Made by a program: the position numbers and the translations under genes
Shown here: positions 37,601 to 47,706 of the stretch, one piece after another
Layout of the letters: every line of letters starts with the position of its first letter
How positions within the stretch are numbered: the first letter of the stretch is position 1
Source: an uncultured Gammaproteobacteria bacterium
GTDB lineage: Bacteria > Patescibacteriota > Microgenomatia > UBA10105
DNA: 64,000 bases
Assembly: GCA_964412165.1 (NCBI GenBank)
Contig: CAYPMW010000003.1
Location: 10,338 to 74,337, forward strand
Reading direction: 5' to 3'
Notes under the pieces: generated by a model
The model's database searches: none
Seen by the model: only the letters and a program-made list of their open reading frames with translations
Told to the model about the DNA's origin: nothing

Positions 37601-38437
37601 ATGGCTGAACGACCAAAGTCTCTACCAACAGTTCGAGACCTTGTGAAGCATATTGAAAGTCGTCAATCCGAACGTGAAACTGCTAAACAGCGACTCTTAG
37701 ATATGTTACACCAATTAGATCAACAGGTTCGAAGTGACGCGAAAATTATTCATAATCATTTAGGGGTACCCGCAATCGATTCAGGAGATAGCGATTTATA
37801 CGCTGCAACAGGAGCAATAGTAGGATATCTTCTTAATGGAGAGAGTCTTGCTGGTCAAATCCCTGAGGAGCAACTATGTCGACCGCTACATGATATTGTT
37901 GGCTCACAACCGGTAACTCCTCTTCTTGAACTTATGCCCGGTGAGGTGGTTCTTTTACCTGATGGTCAAAAATCATCTTCAAAAAATAAGGAAAAACGCA
38001 AAAGGTCATTCCCTTTTCCTACAGCTGATGAAATGGAAGTAATCAGTAAATTTCCTGCGGTAAAAGGGCTACTTGAAGATCAAGAAGCATGGGAAGTTGT
38101 AGATGGTATTCGCTATCTCACTTTAACCCAAATTGCAGCCATGTTTACTCACAAAGATTCTCATAAATCACTACTAGCAAGCACCATGATATTCCACATT
38201 AGAGCATTGGCGTTACATTGGGCGGAATATGAGCAATTACGACTGGTTAAGTCAAATCGACACGGCAATCCATACTTAGTGCCTGAAAAAGGAGTACTTG
38301 CAATTCTAGCTAATCTGGCTACCCGAAGCACTCAGAATAGCGCTTCTTATCAAATTCTGCCAGATTATACACCTCTTCCCCACGTCTCATTACAGGGTGA
38401 AGAAGTAAAAAAAAACTCGATTTCGTCTCTGCAGTAG
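37601..38437 (+). CDS. Orphan protein; probable N-terminal half of a frameshifted sigma-factor fusion
   Basis: 278 aa; N-terminal coiled coil, YLTLTQIAAMF HTH-like segment; ends at an A9 run where the -1 frame continues into the sigma ORF; TTGACA at 37552. Confidence 0.75.
   Translation: MAERPKSLPTVRDLVKHIESRQSERETAKQRLLDMLHQLDQQVRSDAKIIHNHLGVPAIDSGDSDLYAATGAIVGYLLNGESLAGQIPEEQLCRPLHDIVGSQPVTPLLELMPGEVVLLPDGQKSSSKNKEKRKRSFPFPTADEMEVISKFPAVKGLLEDQEAWEVVDGIRYLTLTQIAAMFTHKDSHKSLLASTMIFHIRALALHWAEYEQLRLVKSNRHGNPYLVPEKGVLAILANLATRSTQNSASYQILPDYTPLPHVSLQGEEVKKNSISSLQ
38407..38416 (+). promoter_or_regulatory. Candidate -1 programmed frameshift or transcriptional slippage site
   Basis: GTA AAA AAA AAC (A9C, heptamer A_AAA_AAC); the -1 frame is closed by TGA at 38398-38400 and open from 38401 to 39492. 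Confidence 0.6.
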
Positions 38438-38496
38438 TAACTTATCCTCATGATTTTCCACACACCTTAGTTCCAGTTATTTCCATCATTCCGCAA

Positions 38497-39492
38497 GTGC
38501 TTGCACTTATCAGACCCGTCCAGTTACCCATGGTTGATGCTCTATCTTTGGATCGTCTTGTCGATCATGACGATACGTTTGGCTTGTATTTGAAAGAAAC
38601 CGCTACACCACTCCTCACCGCTGAGGAGGAAAGAATCCTGGGAGAATGTATCCAGGCTGGAAAAGCAATCGACCACCTCCTTAAATATTCGCCTACAGTT
38701 TTTCAACTTTTGTCAGTTACTACTCAAGATGAACTCTTACGGGTACGCATGCTTGCCCAACTCGCGCGTGAACGCCTGACCCGCTCCAATGTAACCTTGA
38801 TTGCGAGCATTGCCAAAAAGTACCAAGGTCGGGGTGTATCATGGGAAGACCTAAACCAGGAAGGAATCTTTGGCCTCATGTCCGCTGTCGATAAATTTGA
38901 TCCTCGAAAAGGATATAGATTTTCTACATATGCTACGTGGTGGATCAAACAAGCTATCGCCCGGGCAATTGTTGATACAGGCCGGACGATCCGAATTCCA
39001 GTCAATACAGATGAGCTTATGAAAAAAATAGCCAAAACCCGAACCAGATTTAATCGTGAATTACATCGCGATCCGACTGTTGAGGAGATTAGTGAAGAAC
39101 TACAGCTCACTCCTCGAAAAGTCAAATTTCTTTTACAAGTCAGTGGTCGCCAATGGACACTGTCTTTTGACGAACCGCTGAGTGATGAATCAGATGAAGA
39201 TTGGTATGAGTTGATTGCGGATCCCCTATCCGGTGACGACTATTTTCTTGCTCGAAAATATTTCCTCTTGGATATGTTGGGAGATTTGATAATAAATTGG
39301 CCTGATAAAAGAGAACGAGAGATCATCATATACCGCTTTGGTCTTTTTGGAGGATATGAACATACGCTTGAAGAAACAGGAGTCTATATCGGAGTTACCC
39401 GTGAACGTATTCGACAAATTGTGGGAAAAGCATTGTTTAAAATGCGCCGAAAATTACAACCTGTGGCATCTGACTGGTGGGATACACAATGA
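38497..39492 (+). CDS. Sigma-70 family RNA polymerase sigma factor (RpoD-like paralog)
   Basis: Region 1.2 LYLKE..PLLTAEEE; region 2 IAKKYQGRG..DLNQEG..KFDPRKGYRFSTYATWWIKQAI; RTIRIP; region 4 TLEE..GVTRERIRQI. Reading frame is open from 38401. Confidence 0.93.
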   Translation: MLALIRPVQLPMVDALSLDRLVDHDDTFGLYLKETATPLLTAEEERILGECIQAGKAIDHLLKYSPTVFQLLSVTTQDELLRVRMLAQLARERLTRSNVTLIASIAKKYQGRGVSWEDLNQEGIFGLMSAVDKFDPRKGYRFSTYATWWIKQAIARAIVDTGRTIRIPVNTDELMKKIAKTRTRFNRELHRDPTVEEISEELQLTPRKVKFLLQVSGRQWTLSFDEPLSDESDEDWYELIADPLSGDDYFLARKYFLLDMLGDLIINWPDKREREIIIYRFGLFGGYEHTLEETGVYIGVTRERIRQIVGKALFKMRRKLQPVASDWWDTQ

Positions 39493-39496
39493 ATCA

Positions 39497-40132
39497 TTAT
39501 ACCAAAGCTTCTGATAATTCTTCCAAACTGTAAAAAACTTGATCCGCAAGTGAATAATCCGCATTTGGATACGCGTAATTCGGGATACAAATGACCTGTA
39601 TACCAGCCCGTTTTGCTGCCAGAATGCCGTTTATAGAATCTTCGATCACTACTGCCTCTTGAGGCGTGACTCCTAGGCGGGTCACGGTTTTGGTGTAAAT
39701 TTCTGGATCTGGTTTGCCTCGTACCACGTCTTCGCTCGTGAGTATCACCTGAAAATAATGTTTGAAAAGAGGATATTTCTCAAAGATGACTGCGATATAC
39801 CCCCGATCGCCACTCGTTGCCAAAGCACATGTATAAGAGCGGGCTTTGAATTTCTCAAGTACGGCACGGGCACCGGGAAAAAGTTCAAGTTTTTCTCGTG
39901 CAAGGCGGTAAAAAATCATCTGACGCTTGGTGTATAAATCCTCTAGGTTTCCCGGTAAATTGTATATATCCTTGAATTCACGGAGTATATCAATGATTCT
40001 TAGTCCCTCACGGCCTTCACTTATCATATAAATTTTCCCGAATGAGGTGATGAATTCTTCATTAGCTCTCTGTTGAAGTGGTGTTGAGTCAACGAGCAGC
40101 CCGTCAAGATCAAAAATGACTGCTTTCAGCAT
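39497..40132 (-). CDS. HAD family phosphatase (beta-PGM-like)
   Basis: FDLDGLLVDS, LATS, GKPDPEIY, IEDSINGI. Confidence 0.92.
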   Translation of the reverse strand: MLKAVIFDLDGLLVDSTPLQQRANEEFITSFGKIYMISEGREGLRIIDILREFKDIYNLPGNLEDLYTKRQMIFYRLAREKLELFPGARAVLEKFKARSYTCALATSGDRGYIAVIFEKYPLFKHYFQVILTSEDVVRGKPDPEIYTKTVTRLGVTPQEAVVIEDSINGILAAKRAGIQVICIPNYAYPNADYSLADQVFYSLEELSEALV

Positions 40133-40146
40133 ATTTTAGTTATTGT

Positions 40147-41586
40147 CTAGTGCGGAATTTTTTTCACTTGAGTGCCTGAAGTCGAATCTTCAACCTTATA
40201 TCCCTGGCTTTCGATCTTTTTTCTTAATATATCTCCCTCAAGGTACTTACCCTCATGGCGGGCTTCTGATCGTGCGATTACGAGCGCCTTAATATCGGGA
40301 GGGAGCGCCTCCTCCATCTGTCTTTCTGCTATTAGTTCAAATCCCAAGCCCAAAATTTCATTCACGATCATCAAAAGATCATACTTGTCAGCGGTGGGAA
40401 GATTGCTTTTTACCATCTCCCAGATGATACCAACAGCCCGGGGAGTATTTAGATCAAAGCGCATTGTGTCTTTGAAACTTTTACGGAGTTCATTGACTCT
40501 TTTCAGTTTTTCTTTTGAAAGGGTAACCCGCTCTGTCATATGAATCTGGATACGCATGGTTTTTACATGCTCATTAAGCTCGTCAAGGGCTTTTTGGGCT
40601 CCTTTTAATGCTCCCCAAGTAAAGTTGGTTTCCTGGCGGTAATGGGTTTGTAAGAATAAAAACCGCAGCGCCAAAGGACTGAACCCGCGCTTGACGACTT
40701 CATCAAGAGTAATGAAATTTCCCAAAGATTTACTCATCTTTTGGCCCTCAACCTGAACGAAATTGTGATGTACCCAATATTTGACAAACTGTTTTCCCGT
40801 GGCCGCCTCTGACTGGGCGATTTCATTCGTGTGATGAACTGGAATGTGATCAATACCTCCGGTGTGAATCTCAAATGTTTCACCTAAGTAACGCATACTC
40901 ATCGCCGAGCACTCAATGTGCCAGCCGGGAAAACCTTTGCCCCAGGGACTATCCCATTCCATCTGGCGCGTAATACCGGGAGGAGTCAACTTCCAGAGAG
41001 CAAAATCAGTCGGATGTTTTTTACCTTCAACCATCACCACGCGCGCGCCTACCCTCAGCTCTTCAGGCCTAATATTGGCTAGTCTTCCATACTCGGGAAA
41101 TTTAGTGGCATCAAAATATACGCCGTCGGCAATTTTATACGTATAACCTCTTGCTTCAAGTCGCGCGATAAGATCAATCTGTTCTTTAATATGTTCGGTC
41201 GCGCGGCTCACTACGTCAGGCCGTCTCACTAACACTTTGTCCATGGTGGCAAAAAAATACTGTTCGTAAAAACGGGCGATCTCCCTAGCTGATTTCCCTT
41301 CACGCTGAGCCCCTTTTTCAATTTTGTCTTCACCTGTATCGGCATCTGATGTCAAATGCCCGACATCGGTAATATTCATGACGTGCGTCACCTGATAGCC
41401 TAAATATCTCAAGAGTCTTACTAAACAATCGTCCATGACGTATTTACGAATATGGCCTATGTGGGTATAGTCATAAACCGTTGGACCACAGGCATAGATC
41501 CCCACCTTTTTGCCGTTGAGAGGAACAAAATCCTCAATATCACGGGAAAGCGTATTATACAGACGAAATATATTTTTGACTTCCAT
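40147..41586 (-). CDS. cysS: Cysteine--tRNA ligase
   Basis: YACGPTVYD, HIGH, DFALWK, PGWHIECSAM, KMSKS. Confidence 0.98.
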   Translation of the reverse strand: MEVKNIFRLYNTLSRDIEDFVPLNGKKVGIYACGPTVYDYTHIGHIRKYVMDDCLVRLLRYLGYQVTHVMNITDVGHLTSDADTGEDKIEKGAQREGKSAREIARFYEQYFFATMDKVLVRRPDVVSRATEHIKEQIDLIARLEARGYTYKIADGVYFDATKFPEYGRLANIRPEELRVGARVVMVEGKKHPTDFALWKLTPPGITRQMEWDSPWGKGFPGWHIECSAMSMRYLGETFEIHTGGIDHIPVHHTNEIAQSEAATGKQFVKYWVHHNFVQVEGQKMSKSLGNFITLDEVVKRGFSPLALRFLFLQTHYRQETNFTWGALKGAQKALDELNEHVKTMRIQIHMTERVTLSKEKLKRVNELRKSFKDTMRFDLNTPRAVGIIWEMVKSNLPTADKYDLLMIVNEILGLGFELIAERQMEEALPPDIKALVIARSEARHEGKYLEGDILRKKIESQGYKVEDSTSGTQVKKIPH

Positions 41587-41597
41587 ATCAGGTTATT

Positions 41598-42080
41598 TTA
41601 CTGCGACTTGATGTTTTTACCAACTTCAGTACCGGAAGACTTGGGCCGGACGCCTCTACCGTAGAGGTTCCCCCGTTCTGGCCTGGTAGAAATAAATGGC
41701 AGTTTCATGGCTTTTTTCTTTTCTTCAACAATTTCTTTTTTCTTTTTCTCAAGTTCCTCCATTTTAAGCCTAGTTTCATATGTCGAGTCGCTTTCACCTT
41801 GAAGCTGGGTGAATTGTTTGAGTAATTCTCTTGCCTTTTGCAACTGACGCGCTTTTTCTAACTCGTCTTTTTGTTTTAATGCCTCAATGGAAGCTGAGTT
41901 GGCGTCACCCGACTTTTTTTGGGGAGATGGTGGATTTTTTGGGTTTGGCGAAGTTCCGCCTGAACCCAACGTTTCATCGATTCCCACAATTTTTGCCGGT
42001 GTTTTGGCCACTTCAGTAACAATTTGTTTTCCCAACTGCCCAAGCTGTTCACCAACACCTTTCGCTACACTATCTACCAT
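41598..42080 (-). CDS. Hypothetical charged coiled-coil protein
   Basis: 160-aa Lys/Glu-rich ORF directly upstream of cysS. Confidence 0.65.
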   Translation of the reverse strand: MVDSVAKGVGEQLGQLGKQIVTEVAKTPAKIVGIDETLGSGGTSPNPKNPPSPQKKSGDANSASIEALKQKDELEKARQLQKARELLKQFTQLQGESDSTYETRLKMEELEKKKKEIVEEKKKAMKLPFISTRPERGNLYGRGVRPKSSGTEVGKNIKSQ

Positions 42081-42124
42081 ATGTTAAATATATACTGAAT
42101 TGTACTAAACGTAAATCTTATTTT

Positions 42125-42430
42125 TCAGGCAAATCCCAAAGTGATTTTGGCTTCATCGCTCATTCTCTCCGGATTCCATGGAGGATCAAATGATAGATCA
42201 ACTTCCACCTCAGTCACTCCTTCAATCTCCATAATACACGCTTTAACTGGCTCTGCTATAAGCGAAAATAAAGGACAACCAATAGTGGTAAGTGTCATCC
42301 GCACCCGCACTTTTCCAGCCTTTAAAATATCAACCCCGTAAATAAGCCCCAAATCGACTATTGATATTCCCAGTTCCGGATCGGGAACTGATTTAAGTTT
42401 AGCTAACACCTCGCTGTCAGTAATTTTCAT
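42125..42430 (-). CDS. Metal-sulfur cluster assembly factor (DUF59/SufT family)
   Basis: VPDPELGISIVDLGLIY, MTLTTIGCP, FDPPW; start adjusted. Confidence 0.92.
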   Translation of the reverse strand: MKITDSEVLAKLKSVPDPELGISIVDLGLIYGVDILKAGKVRVRMTLTTIGCPLFSLIAEPVKACIMEIEGVTEVEVDLSFDPPWNPERMSDEAKITLGFA

Positions 42431-42514
42431 ATATCTATTCATTTCAAATCCGGCGGTGTAGCACCTCAAGCTGACATTGATTATCAACAGTCCCGGACCC
42501 CGTTTCCTATAGAA

Positions 42515-43132
42515 CTAGTATTCTCTCCGTCCCTCAAGCGCCCGCGAAAGAGTGATCTCATCCGCATACTCAATATCTCCACCAACTGGTAGGCCGTGAG
42601 CCAACCGGGTAATCTTTAACTTTCCCGATTTTACCAGCGGTAGAAGTTGCCTTTGGATATACATGGCTGTGGCTTCCCCTTCCATAGTCGCATTGGTAGC
42701 AAGTATCACTTCGCTCACGATATTTACCGTAGTGTCAATCCGCCTGACTAGCTCTGCGATCCTAATTTCGTCAGGGCCGATATTTGCCAGAGGATTGATC
42801 TCCCCGTGAAGTACGTGATATACCCCGTTAAATTTGCCTGTTCGTTCGATTGAAAGAATATCCAGAGGCTGTTCGACCACACAAAGCACCGATTTATCAC
42901 GGGACGGCTGTGAACATATATGACACGGGTCGGTTTCGCTGACATTGAAGCAGACCGAACAAAAAACCGTATTTTTTTTAAGATTGGTTAACGCCGAAGC
43001 AAACGTCTCTATCTCATGCTGAGGCACATGGAGAAGGTAAAACGTTAACCTTTGGGCTGATTTGGGACCAATCCCTGGCAACCGCTCAAACGCTTCAATG
43101 AGTTTGGAGACTGGTTTAGCAAGTTTTAACAT
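42515..43132 (-). CDS. recR: Recombination mediator RecR
   Basis: LPGIGPKSAQR, C4 zinc finger, TOPRIM, EGEATA, GGDIEYAD. Confidence 0.97.
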   Translation of the reverse strand: MLKLAKPVSKLIEAFERLPGIGPKSAQRLTFYLLHVPQHEIETFASALTNLKKNTVFCSVCFNVSETDPCHICSQPSRDKSVLCVVEQPLDILSIERTGKFNGVYHVLHGEINPLANIGPDEIRIAELVRRIDTTVNIVSEVILATNATMEGEATAMYIQRQLLPLVKSGKLKITRLAHGLPVGGDIEYADEITLSRALEGRREY

Positions 43133-43275
43133 GCTATTATTGTAGCATGAACGACGCAAAGGAAGAAAGCAAAAGTTCAGTAATTAATATAGTTTCTGGC
43201 AAATTGCTCAAAATCTTATAGCCATATTCTATCTTGATCATAAAACCCAAAAGTATCAATTATTTGGAATTAAGT

Positions 43276-44196
43276 CTACCGAGTTATTTTATTTATTTGT
43301 TCTGCCAAAAGCGGGGCCATTGAGATGACTTCAAGTTTGGAAAATTTACTCTCCTCAGGTAAGTGGATCGAATCAGAAACATATATTCGGTCTATTGGGC
43401 TCTCTATAAGCACTTTGCGAGTACCCTCAATAAAGTCAGCATGCGTCACACAAGCTATAACCTTTTTAGCACCATGTTCTTTGAGTAGATATGCTGATTT
43501 CACAAGTGTACTACCTGAAGTGATGATGTCATCAACTAAGATTGCTGTTTTCCCACGGGTCTCACCAATCAACTGAACGCTTTCGATTGTGTGGATCTTA
43601 TCAAGTCTTCGTTGTTTCTTAATCAGAGATAACTGGGTACTTATCAACCTGGCAAACAGCTGTGCTCGTTTTGTACCTCCCGCGTCTGGAGCTACTACGA
43701 TTAATTCTTTACCCAAGTTTTTCATATATGGCACAAAAATTGAAGCACCAAAAAGATGGACGACATTCACGGTAAAATAGCCAGCCACTAATTCTGAATG
43801 GAGATCTATCGCGATGACTTGGTCAAATTGTGTCGCCTCGATTAGCCTGGCCATGACACGGGCTGATACCCCTTCGCCTTTCCGATGAGCCTTGTCTTGC
43901 CTGCTGTATCCGTAATACGGGATGACGGCGACGAGTTTTCCTGCAGCATTGTGTTTAAGCGCATCTCCTATGAGACAAAGTTCAACTAAATGTGAATCTA
44001 CCGGATTTGAAAGTGAAGCGATGACAAAAACCATTCGTTCCGAAACATTTTCTTCAATACGCACTCTTTTTTCTGAATCGGCAAAGGTCACAATCTCAAT
44101 CCGACTCAACTGGAATTTGAGAAGTCGCGCGACATCAAGCGCCAAACTCCGATTTGCACTACCAGAATAAAGAATGAAATCACGTTTCATATTCAT
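43276..44196 (-). CDS. prs: Ribose-phosphate pyrophosphokinase
   Basis: PYYGYSRQD, DLHS, VAPDAGG, VDDIITSGST. Confidence 0.95.
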   Translation of the reverse strand: MNMKRDFILYSGSANRSLALDVARLLKFQLSRIEIVTFADSEKRVRIEENVSERMVFVIASLSNPVDSHLVELCLIGDALKHNAAGKLVAVIPYYGYSRQDKAHRKGEGVSARVMARLIEATQFDQVIAIDLHSELVAGYFTVNVVHLFGASIFVPYMKNLGKELIVVAPDAGGTKRAQLFARLISTQLSLIKKQRRLDKIHTIESVQLIGETRGKTAILVDDIITSGSTLVKSAYLLKEHGAKKVIACVTHADFIEGTRKVLIESPIDRIYVSDSIHLPEESKFSKLEVISMAPLLAEQINKITR

Positions 44197-44220
44197 TATT
44201 GTAGCTACTTAAAGCATTTT

Positions 44221-44913
44221 CTACAAATCAAAATGGGTAAGCACATGTGAGTCGGCTAAAGATTCAACTAACATATCTGGAGCCTCAGCTTTCAAACGAT
44301 CAAGCTGGTGACCTCCGGTAGTCACGGCAATAGTATATGCACCAATTGCTTTGCCACAGCGCACATCATGTATTGTATCACCAATTATTGTGATATCCCC
44401 CGGTGCAAAGACGGTTTTAAAATACTTTTGGGCTTTTAAGAAAACTTTTTTAGCAAGTGCTATCCGGTCATCTGCCTCTTCCCCGTAAAGACCGAAATGG
44501 AAATACCTATCAATTCCTACATGACGGAGCTTCCAATGAGCAAGACGTTCCATATTTCCGGTGATGATCCCAATACGCACATCTTTTAAAACTGATAACT
44601 GCCGTACGATTCGCGCGGCTTCAGGGATGGCTACAATAAGCGTTCCCTTTTCCGCAGAAGTTTTAAAAAAGTCTATAAACGTCGCCCCGATAAGCGGCAT
44701 ATCGCGGATGATATCTTCTTTAAGGACGTAATACTGATGAGCCAAATCAAGAAGTATTGACCGGTCAATATGCCCGTGGTACTTCCACTTTGCTACATCA
44801 ATCTGCCTGCCGTATAATTTCTCAAAAACATACCTGTACTTGGCTCCTATGGTCATATCCTTCCCCACGTGATATATAAGCGTACCGTCGATATCAAAGA
44901 GAACAAGCTTCAT
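44221..44913 (-). CDS. HAD family hydrolase
   Basis: LFDIDGTL, ITGN, IGDTIHDV. Confidence 0.9.
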   Translation of the reverse strand: MKLVLFDIDGTLIYHVGKDMTIGAKYRYVFEKLYGRQIDVAKWKYHGHIDRSILLDLAHQYYVLKEDIIRDMPLIGATFIDFFKTSAEKGTLIVAIPEAARIVRQLSVLKDVRIGIITGNMERLAHWKLRHVGIDRYFHFGLYGEEADDRIALAKKVFLKAQKYFKTVFAPGDITIIGDTIHDVRCGKAIGAYTIAVTTGGHQLDRLKAEAPDMLVESLADSHVLTHFDL

Positions 44914-46112
44914 TGCAGTTTGGGCCGATATTCCTTCAGGGCATGACCCAGGATCATGATTGCTTTTTTAAGCTTCTCAATTCCTAAAACGTAGGCGATC
45001 CGGACTTGATTTCTTCCCATTCCAGGGGTGGTGTAAAACCCTTGTGCAGGAGCAAGCATTACGGTTTCATTCTGGTAACGAAAATCAGTCAGAAGCCAAC
45101 GAGAAAAATCTTCGGTATCTTCAACTGGTAAGCTAACAATTGTATAAAAAGCGCCTTCAGGCTTGGAAATTTCCACTCCAGGGATCTGTGAAAGCTCTGT
45201 ATACAGTACATTCCGGCGTTTTTCAAACTCAGAGTGAACTTTTGTAAAATAACTCTTGGGCACAGCTGTGAGTTTGGTCGCCATGGCTTGGTCTATAAAA
45301 CCTGAAGACAGTCTCCCCTGAGCAAGCCGCAGGCACCCTGCCATAATTTCGGGGTTTAATGATACACACACGCCTAGTCGCGCTCCACATACGCTATACC
45401 GTTTGGAGAGACTATCAAGTAGTATTGCCTGATCCGGAATTTCCCTAAAATATTCGAGGATAGAGACATGAATCCTGCCATCATACGTAAACTCCCGATA
45501 CACTTCGTCCGCGAGTAAAAACAACTTGTACTCCCTGGCAATTGATACGAGCATTTCCACTTCCTCACGGGTGTATACAGTGCCTGTCGGATTGTTGGGA
45601 TTGCAGATCAACAGAGCTTTCGTTTTCGGAGTAATTTTTGCAATTATATCCGCTTTTTTTGGGAGATGAAAACCGTTTCTCGCATGAGTAGCTACGGATA
45701 CAAGCTTTACCTGGTTGACGCTGGCAATTGTATTATAGTTCGTGTATAACGGCTCAAACGTGATCACCTCTTCTTCCAAGTCGCACACGGAAAAAAGAGC
45801 AAATGAGATTGCTTCTGATCCACCTGTAGTAACTTGGATATTTTGTAACGCAATAAAGTTAAAACCGAGACGGTGGTAATACTTATGAAGAGCTTTTAGA
45901 AATTCCGGATCCCCTTGCGACTGACTATACGAAATCGTTTTTTTCCGCCAATTGCGAAGCACTTCAAGCATTACCTCAGGTGTCTCGGTATCAGGATCGC
46001 CAATATTAAGGCGATACACTATGACGTTTTCTTTTTTTGCCTTTTGGGCGTAAGGAACAAGCTTACGAATAGACGAAGCAGGCACAAGGTTTAGTCGATT
46101 TGAAATTCGCAT
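44910..46112 (-). CDS. PLP-dependent aminotransferase class I/II (aspartate aminotransferase-like)
   Basis: LNIGDPD, CNPNNPTG, DEVYREF, SLSKRYSVCGARLG. Confidence 0.94.
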   Translation of the reverse strand: MRISNRLNLVPASSIRKLVPYAQKAKKENVIVYRLNIGDPDTETPEVMLEVLRNWRKKTISYSQSQGDPEFLKALHKYYHRLGFNFIALQNIQVTTGGSEAISFALFSVCDLEEEVITFEPLYTNYNTIASVNQVKLVSVATHARNGFHLPKKADIIAKITPKTKALLICNPNNPTGTVYTREEVEMLVSIAREYKLFLLADEVYREFTYDGRIHVSILEYFREIPDQAILLDSLSKRYSVCGARLGVCVSLNPEIMAGCLRLAQGRLSSGFIDQAMATKLTAVPKSYFTKVHSEFEKRRNVLYTELSQIPGVEISKPEGAFYTIVSLPVEDTEDFSRWLLTDFRYQNETVMLAPAQGFYTTPGMGRNQVRIAYVLGIEKLKKAIMILGHALKEYRPKLQ

Positions 46113-46151
46113 GATTTACAATTCAAGTTATGTACTGTTTCTCGTGAAAAA

Positions 46152-46748
46152 TTATAAGCCCGGAAGTTTGGGTTGGCGGGGGATATGACCTTTTCCTGGT
46201 ACATACCAAATTCTTTGTTTATTTATCGTCTCCTCAATCATCACATGTGGTTCAAGCGCAGCTTGAATACCCTCTTTAATATGTAGGGGAATTTCGTCTC
46301 TCTCGGACGAACCATTGAGCCGCTGCCACATGGTTTCAAAAAATTCTTGTCCGGCTTTTTCCTGACCATGGGAAATATACCCCTCCATGATCCAATGCAC
46401 AAAAGGTGGGAACATCTCAGTCCGGTTAAAACCAGATGTATTTTTAAGGAGTATTACCAGTGCCTCCACCATATCCATAGGCGATACTTGACTCGGATTC
46501 GTGATTATTTCCAAAAATTGTCTTCGCTCTTCCTCGGTTGAACCAAATGCAGTCACATAAATGCTGGCTACAATCATTGTGATTCTTTTTAGACTAGCGG
46601 AACGAACTCTATCAGCCTCAACCAGTGCAGAAATCATTTTACTGGGACTTTGGAGATTAGGATCTGTAAAGGTAAGTGAGATCCCTCCTCGTTCAACTCC
46701 TCCGAAACCGCGGACACCAATGTGCAATTGATATGGTATTGAGGTCAT
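46152..46748 (-). CDS. Hypothetical protein
   Basis: 198-aa ORF with operon-like spacing; no motif recognised. Confidence 0.65.
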   Translation of the reverse strand: MTSIPYQLHIGVRGFGGVERGGISLTFTDPNLQSPSKMISALVEADRVRSASLKRITMIVASIYVTAFGSTEEERRQFLEIITNPSQVSPMDMVEALVILLKNTSGFNRTEMFPPFVHWIMEGYISHGQEKAGQEFFETMWQRLNGSSERDEIPLHIKEGIQAALEPHVMIEETINKQRIWYVPGKGHIPRQPKLPGL

Positions 46749-46756
46749 ATCTTAGG

Positions 46757-47542
46757 TCAAATTTGATGAATAGAAAATTCGGTTTCAATATGAGGCTTCC
46801 CAAAAGCGTCCCAGGCACTACCACCCCTTACCCAGATTTCCATAAATCGATCATTTCCGCCAGTTGAACCTGGAGCAAATGAAAATTCTCCGTCTTTAAC
46901 TTTGTACGTCTCATCAGAAATCACGCCTTCGTGGGTCAACCCGTTACATGATATCGCAATTTTTGTTCCAACTGCAAGAGTATTCTTTGAAGAGCGCAGT
47001 GTGGTCTTTAAATTTCCATATCCATCAACAAAACCAATCAAGTTGTTTGGCGGATGAGGAATAGTACTCACTGGAATTTCCCCGCCGATATACTTTACTT
47101 GTCCATGAGCAATTCCTACCACTGCATCAGGATAATAATCACGCGATCTAAATTGTGAACCGACATTGGGTACATTCACTGCGTGCAGTTTTTTTACTTC
47201 GTTTCGTAAAAACGACAATGAGTAACCTGCATTAACAGCTATTAAGACCGTGCCGTTTGTCAACTTGGTATAAATCAACCTACCTCCATCCACTGACTCG
47301 TCAAATCCTTTAAGAATTTTACGTGGCGCAGTGTTTGAAAATACGATAAGACCTGGAAAAGCATTGACGGTGGCAAATTGCGCCACCCATATGCCCGTGG
47401 CTACCGTTGAAAACGCGGGTACGCTAGTGGTACTTACCCGAATACTTTTATCAAGATACGTAAATTTTTGCACGACCTCACCAAATGCCGGGTCACCCAC
47501 ACCATAATCAGCAATCAGTTGGATAATAATTGCGTCACTCAT
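46757..47542 (-). CDS. SAM hydroxide adenosyltransferase/chlorinase-fluorinase family (DUF62-like)
   Basis: IADYGVGD (TDFG-like), SQFRSRDYY (TFHGRD-like), FVDGYGNLKT, GS(T)G, GSAWDAF. Confidence 0.78.
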   Translation of the reverse strand: MSDAIIIQLIADYGVGDPAFGEVVQKFTYLDKSIRVSTTSVPAFSTVATGIWVAQFATVNAFPGLIVFSNTAPRKILKGFDESVDGGRLIYTKLTNGTVLIAVNAGYSLSFLRNEVKKLHAVNVPNVGSQFRSRDYYPDAVVGIAHGQVKYIGGEIPVSTIPHPPNNLIGFVDGYGNLKTTLRSSKNTLAVGTKIAISCNGLTHEGVISDETYKVKDGEFSFAPGSTGGNDRFMEIWVRGGSAWDAFGKPHIETEFSIHQI

Positions 47543-47706
47543 ACTGAGTAACTCAGCTGTAAACCTGAGTTACGTGAGTATATTGTAACAAAATTTAAAA
47601 AAATTACATAGAGAAACATGAGGTAGGGATTGTCGTGAGGCTATGAATTCATAAGTATATACCGAGTAATATCGAGTTATCCTGTTGGGTTGTTAAAGTT
47701 TCTATT

